A DNA stretch of 24,258 bases from a virus. Its lineage: Duplodnaviria; Caudoviricetes. This document shows positions 9,801 to 16,753 of this stretch, piece by piece (positions within the stretch are counted from its first letter, which is position 1; every line of letters starts with the position of its first letter). The notes under the pieces were generated by a model. That model searched no databases and was not told the origin of the DNA. It saw only the letters and a list, made by a program, of their open reading frames with translations. The position numbers and the translations under genes were made by a program. Location of the stretch: IMG/VR virus record IMGVR_UViG_3300031519_000219, positions 1 to 24,258 of that record. One strand, 5' to 3'.

Positions 9801-10351
9801 GCTGATGTATCAGTGATAGATGAAGAACCCTCCTTTGCGCCAGCAGCCAATACATTTACGAAACGAGACGCTTGATCAGCCTCTGCTCCAAATTGATTTA
9901 AAGAAACACCAACAGTTGAGGCTGCGGATGCTAAATCAACTCCAGCAGCTTCTGCTAATGTGACGGCTTCTTTTGTAACGGCTGCTAATGCTTCTTTTGA
10001 TTGAAGAAGGTCAGGTTTTGCACTCGCTATCAACTTGAATGCTGTTGCAGCTTGACTAGCTGACAGTGTGGTTGTTTTACCAATTTGCGCGGCTTGTTCT
10101 TCGTAGAATGCTAAATCCTTACCAGTGGCTCCTGTGATAGCAGAAAGCTCACTAATAGATTTAGTGAATTGATTGGTATCGCTGATTACTTTAGATAATA
10201 CTCTACCTGCGCCCATAGCAACTAAAGCACCGCTGAGTAATTTAACCTTGGACATAGCACTTTTAGAAGCCGCACCCATGCCTGCAATGTTTGCGGATGC
10301 TGCCTTAACTGAAGTTGAATTTACCCTGACATCTAGGTTTGCTACGTCCAT
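6863..10351 (-). CDS. Tail tape measure protein (TP901-like N-terminal core)
   Basis: 1162 aa, Ala/Gly-rich helical; TP901-type core (ELSAITGATG...TTTLSASQAA...LNQFG); central hydrophobic segments; C-terminal GSLASGIERIPFDGFRAELHEGERV. Confidence 0.93.
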   Translation of the reverse strand: MDVANLDVRVNSTSVKAASANIAGMGAASKSAMSKVKLLSGALVAMGAGRVLSKVISDTNQFTKSISELSAITGATGKDLAFYEEQAAQIGKTTTLSASQAATAFKLIASAKPDLLQSKEALAAVTKEAVTLAEAAGVDLASAASTVGVSLNQFGAEADQASRFVNVLAAGAKEGSSSITDTSAAMKNAGVAAKLAGLSFEEANVGVQLLAKGGLFAAEAGTGFRQVLLKLENEAEDKFKPSIVGLAGALENLAAENMSLTELTGLFGAEAMKSAAVMISGAGDARTLEAAITGTSIASEMAATNFDNMEGDMLSLNSANEGLAITFGKMLEPAIRKSLQAATDFSRKVDDFVKSDKFDDFIKILTISLQTLSVILFTKVIVSLVSTSTAFLTTASSAGILKVGLSALGGPIGVTVAALFGLYKILENVFGIDYETYIVYFKAIAIVTGNALKEIKVKWDDFADLVSSKVQSLFKYLADLFAPLIDFYASAINTLVGFYSGLFNFISTNAKIAATNFVDVFKNAFMNVKNSIANLSTNISSFYATMKVKAQSLYDSEAVTAAKMKVINDKKLASINSISSAFEAQRLKQIDVKEETGFLSNVYTSFTTTVNNVGGAFKDFGTDIVNTATTLQNASANQIKSASDSIGVLKTEFHKTTENVNLLGKAITVNTGQDGSFRVVNGVMAALATNTGAVASAADTTATNIEAVGSSSSAATPAVTALTVEQQTFATAVVNTQTAFATLIKDTIISGKLDFKSFFSSVKEGWKTMVSEFASKKIMDIIFGEGGITGFLGSLSGGMNGIIATITNGAKSMFASITGSAVSGATGSTAASVATNAAGGATGGAAAGAAGGATLGGVVAGAGQFIAGMTGSATGIAAGTMGPPTAAAMAGSGVTAGLQAGGAKLLALATNPVTIAIAVAAVAAKLLDKSGTMSANAGMLTQNLAGVDASRKFAIPKFASGAQFYGFKRREEQSTASAVVDSFATLDSALTEAALAVGITPNLLAKNFTGSDERGRNFGKGAFLGSASEDGNNKSVSLQDQLDSYATQWINMVGSANGVDPSVIADVIGGGTAAGILNRTKPDGSLASGIERIPFDGFRAELHEGERVQSVAEVKRADLMASEMNSLRGNLNDLMLVVAKAVSKTARIESRWDINGLPPTRT

Positions 10352-10354
10352 GAA

Positions 10355-10732
10355 TTATCGCCTGTCATTGCGTATTTGATCACGAGTGCTTAATGAAATT
10401 CCTTGCGGAGCGTCATAATCTCTATATGGCGAGGGAACACTGCCACCTTCGTATTGCTGTGAATAGTTCCGGTACATCGCAGACAGCTTCTTTATCTGTT
10501 TGATTTCCCATAATCTAAGCTGCACTCCGGTAAGTTCCATCCAGTGATATATCTCACTCCATGTAACACCGTTCAGTCCTATTTCTGCAATTAAAGAAAT
10601 CATGTAATGAAAAGGTTCGATGTCAGGCATTTGGACATCAACTAATGATTCAATCCTAGCCTTTGTCGAACCTTTACTAGCTGTAGTCAGCCACGCCCAA
10701 TACTGGACGTATTCCTCTAATTGCTTTTCTAC
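10355..10732 (-). CDS. Tail assembly chaperone, T (frameshift extension) segment
   Basis: The frame of ORF 10355..10630 stays open upstream to overlap the G stop (VEKQLEEYVQYWAWLTTASKGSTKARIESLVDVQ then MPDIEPF); TWSEIYHWMELTGVQL..WE motif; directly before the TMP. Confidence 0.75.
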   Translation of the reverse strand, partial: VEKQLEEYVQYWAWLTTASKGSTKARIESLVDVQMPDIEPFHYMISLIAEIGLNGVTWSEIYHWMELTGVQLRLWEIKQIKKLSAMYRNYSQQYEGGSVPSPYRDYDAPQGISLSTRDQIRNDRR

Positions 10733-11130
10733 TTTGTGTCGTATTTACTCCGATCAACAGCATCTTCGATTACTTGTTCTGTAATCCAACTGCGTTGGGT
10801 GTACATCATTAAGGCGTTTTCTTTATTACAAACTAACTTCTCGCCATCATAATCAATGTTTTGCCAACTGATCGTGCATTCAGCAAGTGCCTCTCTCACA
10901 TTATTTTCAGTAACGGAGGTTGGCACTGGCTTATTACGATATTTGGCTGCATTCCTTTGCTCCAATTTTCGCATTATTTGTTGCCATTTTTTACTGTCTC
11001 TTCCCAAGACTTTAATGGTAATTCTTTTACCGCCCTCATCTTCTAAAGGCTCTCCAGTTACGGGATTGGCAAGTTCAGTTGTAATGCCCTTGTCTGCCGC
11101 TGCTGTTAGGTCAATCTTACTTAAATCCAT
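10729..11130 (-). CDS. Tail assembly chaperone G
   Basis: Between tail tube and TMP; NPVTGEPL...ITIKVLGRDSK...LAECTISWQNI...WITEQV motifs. Confidence 0.8.
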   Translation of the reverse strand: MDLSKIDLTAAADKGITTELANPVTGEPLEDEGGKRITIKVLGRDSKKWQQIMRKLEQRNAAKYRNKPVPTSVTENNVREALAECTISWQNIDYDGEKLVCNKENALMMYTQRSWITEQVIEDAVDRSKYDTK

Positions 11131-11140
11131 AGTCTGTACC

Positions 11141-11596
11141 TTATGTGGTAACTACTACTGACCTAGTGCGCTCAACCTGTATGGTTCTCTGAACCAAAGA
11201 GTCTGCGCCTCCAGCGACAGTATTAAAAGAAACGACTTTGCCCGTCCAATAATCATCAGTACCATCCTGATAAGTTACCTTGAAAGCATAGTCGACCTCG
11301 GCTTGTAAGGCAGCCAATACAATAACTTGACCCGCATCATCATCGTCACGGTTGACGGTAATAGAGTCAGCATCATTGTTATAAGTGCCTTTGTACTTAT
11401 CGGTAGACCGCTGGTTGATAGGGTTAGAGGTAACTACGTTAAAAGTTTGTCCTCCAGCCGACCAATCAGTGACCTGTCCAACTGTTGTATAAGTTGAAGA
11501 CGGATAGCCAGTAGTGGCATCTGAATCAAATGTTGTAGGTAGTGTTGCTGAAATTGCAATTACGGATTCTACTAATGTCTGCGCTGAAGTTGGCAT
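11141..11596 (-). CDS. Major tail tube protein
   Basis: 151 aa, beta-rich; VGQVTDWSAGG, KYKGTYN, DDDAGQ, AFKVTYQDGT..YWTGKVVS motifs; canonical position. Confidence 0.85.
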   Translation of the reverse strand: MPTSAQTLVESVIAISATLPTTFDSDATTGYPSSTYTTVGQVTDWSAGGQTFNVVTSNPINQRSTDKYKGTYNNDADSITVNRDDDDAGQVIVLAALQAEVDYAFKVTYQDGTDDYWTGKVVSFNTVAGGADSLVQRTIQVERTRSVVVTT

Positions 11597-11599
11597 AAC

Positions 11600-12001
11600 T
11601 TAATTCCTCGGTATAAATGCTCTATATGATATTGTGATTAGGGTTACATACCAGCTTTCTTCAACTACACCCTGCTGGCGGTTTACTGCGGTTATTCTAG
11701 CAGATTGACCTGAATATGAAACACTGCTCCCAATGGAGTAGTCTGCCATGATCGTTTCTGCTTGGTTCTTTGCTGCAAAAGCACCTGAATCAACAGGATA
11801 CCTCAAGATTATACGAAACAAACCATCTGTTTCATTGGTAGATTTTAAATCTAAAGCTGTAATGTCATTAGGAATATTTAGCAATTCAGCGTAAGGAGTC
11901 CCAGCCGTAGGCGTATAGGGTTGATTTTGATAGGCCGTTTCTAGCCCATAAGCACCATCAATGAAGCTCTGAATAAAAGCCTGATCTATCTTAATGCTCA
12001 C
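11600..12001 (-). CDS. Tail terminator-like protein
   Basis: AYQNQPYTP...GLFRIILRYPVDSG...W....ITISYRA; directly upstream of the tail tube gene. Confidence 0.75.
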   Translation of the reverse strand: MSIKIDQAFIQSFIDGAYGLETAYQNQPYTPTAGTPYAELLNIPNDITALDLKSTNETDGLFRIILRYPVDSGAFAAKNQAETIMADYSIGSSVSYSGQSARITAVNRQQGVVEESWYVTLITISYRAFIPRN

Positions 12002-12363
12002 TGGGCTTTCCTTACTTCTGCTTTAATGTTCCGTTCAATCCTAGCCATATTCTTGGCAACCATTGCGTCTTGTTGTTCCCAATATGGAGCATAAGGGACA
12101 TTGTTTGTAATTATATTGACTACGCCAGATTTAACTACACCTTTCATTTGTCTGATAGTTTCCCGCCCATTTATATCAGTTCTTGTTGTTTCTCTTGTAA
12201 TTGGGATTCCAATACTTGCTTGCCAATTACCTTTCATTCGACCAGTATCGGCTCTGGTATTCTCAATAATAGAAGAAAACAAATTAATGGTTATACCTCT
12301 AGCCGCTTCATCTAGGGTTGTGTTAGTTTTCTTTGCCCATGCTGAGATGTTTACAGTAGCCAT
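11998..12363 (-). CDS. Tail completion/neck protein (HK97 gp10-like)
   Basis: DTGRMKGNWQASIG and ITNNVPYAPYWE motifs. Confidence 0.75.
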   Translation of the reverse strand: MATVNISAWAKKTNTTLDEAARGITINLFSSIIENTRADTGRMKGNWQASIGIPITRETTRTDINGRETIRQMKGVVKSGVVNIITNNVPYAPYWEQQDAMVAKNMARIERNIKAEVRKAQ

Positions 12364-12723
12364 TTATCTTCTCGCCTGTATAAAATACACAATCCCAATA
12401 GTGGAAGGCTTTGATTCTTTCACATCTATTATTGACCAATCCTGAGATGACAAAGTAATTTTGTCCGTAGTTAATGGCTCAACCGTATTATCTACAATAA
12501 CTAATCTGTCAGAAGATAGAATTCTTGTTCCGTCTATTTGTTCATCTCTGTAACGCTGAACCAAACCCTGCGGAGTATAGGTTGCGGTACTTCCAGCCAC
12601 GACAGCACCAGTAACAGGGCTAATACTACCGCCTGTAGTTCTTTTAATAGTAATTGTCATGCCAAACTTTTTGAGCAACCTTGATGCAGTTGCCGCCATG
12701 CTTGTGTAAAAGGTTGCGCTCAT
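12364..12723 (-). CDS. Head closure / head-tail joining protein
   Basis: A.RLLKKFG...YRDEQIDGTRILSSDR...YFIQARR; connector gene position. Confidence 0.75.
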   Translation of the reverse strand: MSATFYTSMAATASRLLKKFGMTITIKRTTGGSISPVTGAVVAGSTATYTPQGLVQRYRDEQIDGTRILSSDRLVIVDNTVEPLTTDKITLSSQDWSIIDVKESKPSTIGIVYFIQARR

Positions 12724-13232
12724 TACGACATCGCCAGAGGTATACCTAGACCATTAAATTTCATTAGCAAAGACAATAAATTGCCGCTTCTGCTTCTTCT
12801 TGCAGACTTAACAGCGTCTGAAACGGCGTATTCTACGACTACCGCTCCGACAACTTCTTCTTTCTTAATTCCTGTGGCTCCGCTTTGCGATACATTCCAC
12901 AAGTCCTCGCCTGACTGTATATCAATAGCTAAAGACATCTGCGCTTCTTTTACTTGCGTAGGAATCTCATTACTAGCCCAAGACCAGTTAGCTATATCCG
13001 TTAGATTGTTTCTGGGATAAGCCATTGGCTGAGTCTTGGTTGTGGTCTCGCCTTTTAAGACGTTTTCTAAACCGTCAATAAATTGACCAGCCTCAATAAT
13101 CTGAGTTTGGAATATCTGACTGTCAGTAACGGTAATGTTGAGGGTGGCAGCATAAGCTATGTACTCTGCCATCGAGACATAGCTATTAGCTCCAGCAACA
13201 ACACTTCCATCTTCAATTACGATAGTTGTCAT
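12723..13232 (-). CDS. Head-tail adaptor (DnaT-like-annotated family)
   Basis: IVIEDGSVVAGANSYVS...QPMAYPR...IPTQVKEAQ...KKEEVVGAVVVEY motifs. Confidence 0.8.
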   Translation of the reverse strand: MTTIVIEDGSVVAGANSYVSMAEYIAYAATLNITVTDSQIFQTQIIEAGQFIDGLENVLKGETTTKTQPMAYPRNNLTDIANWSWASNEIPTQVKEAQMSLAIDIQSGEDLWNVSQSGATGIKKEEVVGAVVVEYAVSDAVKSARRSRSGNLLSLLMKFNGLGIPLAMS

Positions 13233-13271
13233 TTACCTTCCCTTGGGCTTCTTCTTTTTGCCTTTATACAT
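13233..13271 (-). CDS. Putative 12-aa Lys-rich micropeptide MYKGKKKKPKGR (not in ORF track)
   Basis: TAATG overlap with the upstream stop; AAGGAG Shine-Dalgarno; TAA abuts the adaptor ATG; fills the gap exactly. Confidence 0.6.
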   Translation of the reverse strand: MYKGKKKKPKGR

Positions 13272-13552
13272 TACCACTTCTCCTTATTCGACCAGTAAGC
13301 CGCAGACATCCTGCCTTTCTTTATATTTTCAGCGTGTCTTGCCTTGAAAGATGCCCTTCTAGCAGCGTCAGCCTTTGATTCGTTTGCTCTAGGAGGTGAA
13401 CCGGATACTCCTTGCTGACCAAATCGAATAGTCTTTATTTTATCGCCTACTTTGGCAACAACGACATGGGATTTGGTTGGATGCTTCGGGGTGCGTTTAG
13501 CTTGATTGAATTTATCCAAGCCTAATCGAGTGAGTCTTGAATCTTTTGGCAT
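13271..13552 (-). CDS. Highly basic small protein (possibly DUF5754-like), putative DNA-binding/core protein
   Basis: 93 aa, K/R-rich; KTIRFGQQG...ARRASFKARH...SAAYWS..KW; GGAG RBS; directly after the coat gene. Confidence 0.7.
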   Translation of the reverse strand: MPKDSRLTRLGLDKFNQAKRTPKHPTKSHVVVAKVGDKIKTIRFGQQGVSGSPPRANESKADAARRASFKARHAENIKKGRMSAAYWSNKEKW

Positions 13553-13561
13553 TTGAACTCC

Positions 13562-13594
13562 AAAAAAGAAAAGGGGCAGCAGAAGCCACCCCTC
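13562..13594 (-). terminator. Rho-independent terminator after the major capsid gene
   Basis: Minus strand GAGGGGTGGC-TTCT-GCTGCCCCTT followed by TTCTTTTTT, about 8 nt after the coat stop. Confidence 0.8.
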
Positions 13595-13601
13595 ATTCTA
13601 T

Positions 13602-14765
13602 TTAGCCTAACAGTACAGCGGTGAACTCTGGCTTCCAGACTTTATAGCCATAGAGACAAGAGATATCAAACATCGCTTTGTTATAGCCTTTATAGGCAGC
13701 TATGTTGTAGATAATGCCAGACATTGGGTCTTGCACTGTCATACGATCAACAGCAGCATCGCCACCCATTGGTTGAGCCATGCCTCGGATACCAATCTCA
13801 ACAGCAGCACGATGAAATGCTACGTTCTTGACTGAAGAAGCTACTACTGTAATGGCTGTAGTTGAAGCAGCTATCGCTACTTGCAGACCATTTGCACCTA
13901 GAATGATAGTGCCGCCTCCAGATACATCGCCATCACCTGTTGTTACAACATACTGATTAGTATCACCAGCAAAAGTAACAACGTCACCAGCTAGGATAGT
14001 TCCAGTTCCAGCAGAAGCTAAAGTGATCGTAGTTGCGCCAACAGCATAACCAGCATCGTCAGTAGTTGCACTAGACCCAGTTCCTGCCGTGTGATTATTA
14101 AGACCTGCGCTTTCCTTCATCATAAGACCTTGAAGATCAAGCAAAGTGCCTCTTCGCAACATATCATCGTTACCAGAAGAATCAACCTGATTGAGTTGAG
14201 CAAGGTTTCGCAACTTAGTACCAGCCGCAGAGTTAATGACAAGAGTTGCCTGTCGATCATTTGAAGGCATTCCGTTATCAACTAGAATCTGACGAACTTC
14301 TGCAACAGTATTAAAATCTGACGCGAAAGGAGTCGTACCTGCCGTACCAACTGCGCGTGAAGCGCGATCAGCAATATCAAGAGCAACTTCTGTTTCAATC
14401 TGATTAGTGATTGCTCTCATGGCTTGCTTGATTTGATCACCGTAAATAGTGTCAAAACCCGCGCCATTGTTTACAAACTTAATGTTTTCACCCGTCCAAG
14501 GTATTTTAACCGAAGCCGTAGAGCTAAGAGTCATCGTCTTATTATCTACAGTCTGGTCAGCACCTTCTGGGATAGTCATTGAAGGGGTCACGGTAGTTAC
14601 CGCTTGCTCTTGTGTGAAGGCAGCACGAATTACTTCGCCTTGAGCTGCTACTTCTGTCGCATTAGTGTTAATTGTTACCGAAGGAATTACACCAACAAGT
14701 TCACGACCTACCGTGTCTGCTGCTGTATATATGTCTGCCGCTAAATCAGTTAGAACATTAGCCAT
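13602..14765 (-). CDS. Major capsid protein (P22 coat-like)
   Basis: 387 aa after the scaffold; MANVLTDLAADIY.AADTVGRELVG.IP start; beta-rich insertion domain; C-terminal LYGYKVWKPEF; followed by a terminator. Confidence 0.9.
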   Translation of the reverse strand: MANVLTDLAADIYTAADTVGRELVGVIPSVTINTNATEVAAQGEVIRAAFTQEQAVTTVTPSMTIPEGADQTVDNKTMTLSSTASVKIPWTGENIKFVNNGAGFDTIYGDQIKQAMRAITNQIETEVALDIADRASRAVGTAGTTPFASDFNTVAEVRQILVDNGMPSNDRQATLVINSAAGTKLRNLAQLNQVDSSGNDDMLRRGTLLDLQGLMMKESAGLNNHTAGTGSSATTDDAGYAVGATTITLASAGTGTILAGDVVTFAGDTNQYVVTTGDGDVSGGGTIILGANGLQVAIAASTTAITVVASSVKNVAFHRAAVEIGIRGMAQPMGGDAAVDRMTVQDPMSGIIYNIAAYKGYNKAMFDISCLYGYKVWKPEFTAVLLG

Positions 14766-14776
14766 TTGTATTCACC

Positions 14777-15493
14777 TTAATCATCAGTAATTGTGCCGCC
14801 GCTTTTGGCGTATTTAGAGCGTTCAAATTGACTTAACCCGTCAAAATCTGCTCTGGTTATTTGCTGAGAAGTAGCACCGCCACTATCCTTGCCTCCTGTA
14901 CGCCCCGCGCCATTGGCTTTTGTTCCTACTATTAGCGGAGCAAAACTCGCACTATTTTGAAACTCTTTCTTTAATTCTGCAACTGTCATAGCTGATGGCT
15001 GTCCGTCATTATCTAATACAATGATATTAGGAACCCCATCTCTATTTTCTGTAGAGAGCCTTCTTTCAATATGCGGCAATAAAACATTAGCCGAACCTTG
15101 AACGGCAATCTCAGAAGCAATTTGTGATGCAGCTTGACCACTGGTTAGCTTGACGATAGTTTTCGTTAGCTCTCCTATATGGTCTTGCATCTCATTTTCA
15201 CGGGAATTAAATTTCTCTTCCCAGCTCTTATGCAAAGCCTCTGTATCATTACCTTTCTTGGCCGATTCCATTTGGGCTTGCTCTGCCGCAGATATAGCTT
15301 CCCTAGCCTTTTTCTTGGCGGTTTTGCTTTCGGTCAATAATTCTTCTACTTTCTTTTTTAACCCAGAGAGATTAGATTCATCCTGTTCTGGCAGTCCTGA
15401 GATTTTAAGTTCAAACCCGTCATCCTTTTGCTCATACAGCTCTTGAATGGATTCTGGCAAATCTTCAACACTCTCAACTTTAAAATCTATCAT
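14777..15493 (-). CDS. Capsid scaffolding protein
   Basis: Acidic N-terminus (LPESIQELYEQKDDGFELKISG), long coiled coil, Gly-rich linker, C-terminal ITRADFDGLS coat-binding-type helix; no protease gene nearby. Confidence 0.85.
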   Translation of the reverse strand: MIDFKVESVEDLPESIQELYEQKDDGFELKISGLPEQDESNLSGLKKKVEELLTESKTAKKKAREAISAAEQAQMESAKKGNDTEALHKSWEEKFNSRENEMQDHIGELTKTIVKLTSGQAASQIASEIAVQGSANVLLPHIERRLSTENRDGVPNIIVLDNDGQPSAMTVAELKKEFQNSASFAPLIVGTKANGAGRTGGKDSGGATSQQITRADFDGLSQFERSKYAKSGGTITDD

Positions 15494-15536
15494 AAATCTC
15501 TCCGAGATATTTGCTAACCCAGTTAGCGACTTCGAC

Positions 15537-15565
15537 AGTCTAATGTCCGTGTTAATGTTTGTCTA
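15537..15565 (-). promoter_or_regulatory. Putative sigma70-type promoter for the scaffold/capsid operon
   Basis: TAGACA (15565-15560), 17-nt spacer, TAGACT (15542-15537); predicted +1 near 15530. Confidence 0.6.
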
Positions 15566-15574
15566 CCCCATAGC

Positions 15575-15613
15575 GGGTTACCTAACCCACTAATTTGGGT
15601 TACCTAACCCACT
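15575..15613. repeat. Two direct copies of GGGTTACCTAACCCACT, each with a palindromic core (putative operators)
   Basis: Exact 17-mers at 15575-15591 and 15597-15613, 22-bp period; core GGGTTA-CC-TAACCC. Confidence 0.85.
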
Positions 15614-15622
15614 TACGGAACC

Positions 15623-16753
15623 TTAATCAATAAACTCGGTTACATCTGCCTTTTCAAATGCCAAAGGTTGTAATCTATTCATATCCTTCAAAGTCAGCTC
15701 TTTAAAGTCTTTTGATAATTGAAGTTTGGCAAATTTTTCTGAGGACAAGCCGCCATCTCTTAATAACTTAGCTCTGTTTTCTCCAATTACTGAAGCCTGA
15801 AATTTGTTGGGTTGTCTTTTTAGCCAATCATAATAGGTCTCATTAGCTGGAATGGACTTAACAGCTCCCTTTCCTTTTATTTGTTTTCCTTTTGAATCGT
15901 ATTGTCTGGCAACTCTTGTTCTGCCCTCATCTAAAGAATCAAATCGGCTATCCAATACTGCTACTGTCGTGCTTCTACAGTTAAGATGAATAGGCGGTCT
16001 TGGACCTTCTGGCGGTCTATTATTGAAAACTTGACCATCCAGTGATCTGCAAACAGCAGAAGTTCTGCCATCTAGCACTGAAACCCATTTTACCCTTTCA
16101 ACAATATCTTCATTATCTTTCCAAACTTGATTTCTAGCTTGAGCTGATGCGTGTTGTACTGCTGTTCTAGTTGCTGTGTTAAGTGCGCGATTAATCCTGT
16201 GCATAGCCCCGTCTTTAAACAAGGCTGCTTTGGTTCCTCTAATTGTTCTAACAATCTCTGGCGTGGTTTGCCCCATATAATAGCCAGCTCTAATTATTCC
16301 ATCTATCTGCTCAACAGCTTTTCTACTTGTGTCTTTTAAAAAAGGTTTTAACAGTTTGCCAGTATCCGCACCTTTCATTGTTAGAGGATTTGCAAAAACA
16401 GCAGCGGCTAATTGAGCCTCAGAAGGAACAGAATATTCGATTGGAGCAACAGTCTTTAAAGTTTTAATTTCAAAGTCCCTTGAATTTTTTGCAATATCAA
16501 CAGATTCCCCAGAAACCATCTTGGAGAAATCATCAGAGATTACTTTTAAATCCTGCTTAACTGAGGTCAATAACTTGTTAAGCTTATTCTTTGTATATCC
16601 GCTAATATCTTTATTCATCAACTTTTTGCTGACAATCTTATCAATATCTTTTAAGAATATTTGATTCTTTTTAACCTCATGCGTCTTCAAGCCTTCAAGA
16701 TAAACCTGATGTCTAACAGCAATATCTGAAAGCTCTTGTGGTGTTTGAGGCAT
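15623..16753 (-). CDS. Minor head morphogenesis protein (SPP1 gp7 / Mu gpF family)
   Basis: ATRTAVQHAS...WVSVLDGRTSAVCRSLDG...PPIHLNCRST motif; after the portal gene. Confidence 0.9.
   Translation of the reverse strand: MPQTPQELSDIAVRHQVYLEGLKTHEVKKNQIFLKDIDKIVSKKLMNKDISGYTKNKLNKLLTSVKQDLKVISDDFSKMVSGESVDIAKNSRDFEIKTLKTVAPIEYSVPSEAQLAAAVFANPLTMKGADTGKLLKPFLKDTSRKAVEQIDGIIRAGYYMGQTTPEIVRTIRGTKAALFKDGAMHRINRALNTATRTAVQHASAQARNQVWKDNEDIVERVKWVSVLDGRTSAVCRSLDGQVFNNRPPEGPRPPIHLNCRSTTVAVLDSRFDSLDEGRTRVARQYDSKGKQIKGKGAVKSIPANETYYDWLKRQPNKFQASVIGENRAKLLRDGGLSSEKFAKLQLSKDFKELTLKDMNRLQPLAFEKADVTEFID

Noticed and set aside
6891-10379. Run of plus-strand ORFs opposite the tape measure gene
   Set aside because: Antisense shadows of Ala/Gly/Thr-rich codons; no RBS or recognisable domains.
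13569-13581. 13-nt complementarity between the capsid terminator arm and the RBS at 23525-23537
   Set aside because: A few 13-mer inverted matches are expected by chance in 24 kb, and the arm is paired within its own hairpin.
15575-15613. Palindromic repeat as a possible mini-CRISPR array
   Set aside because: Only two 17-bp copies separated by 5 bp; no spacer-length sequence and no cas genes.
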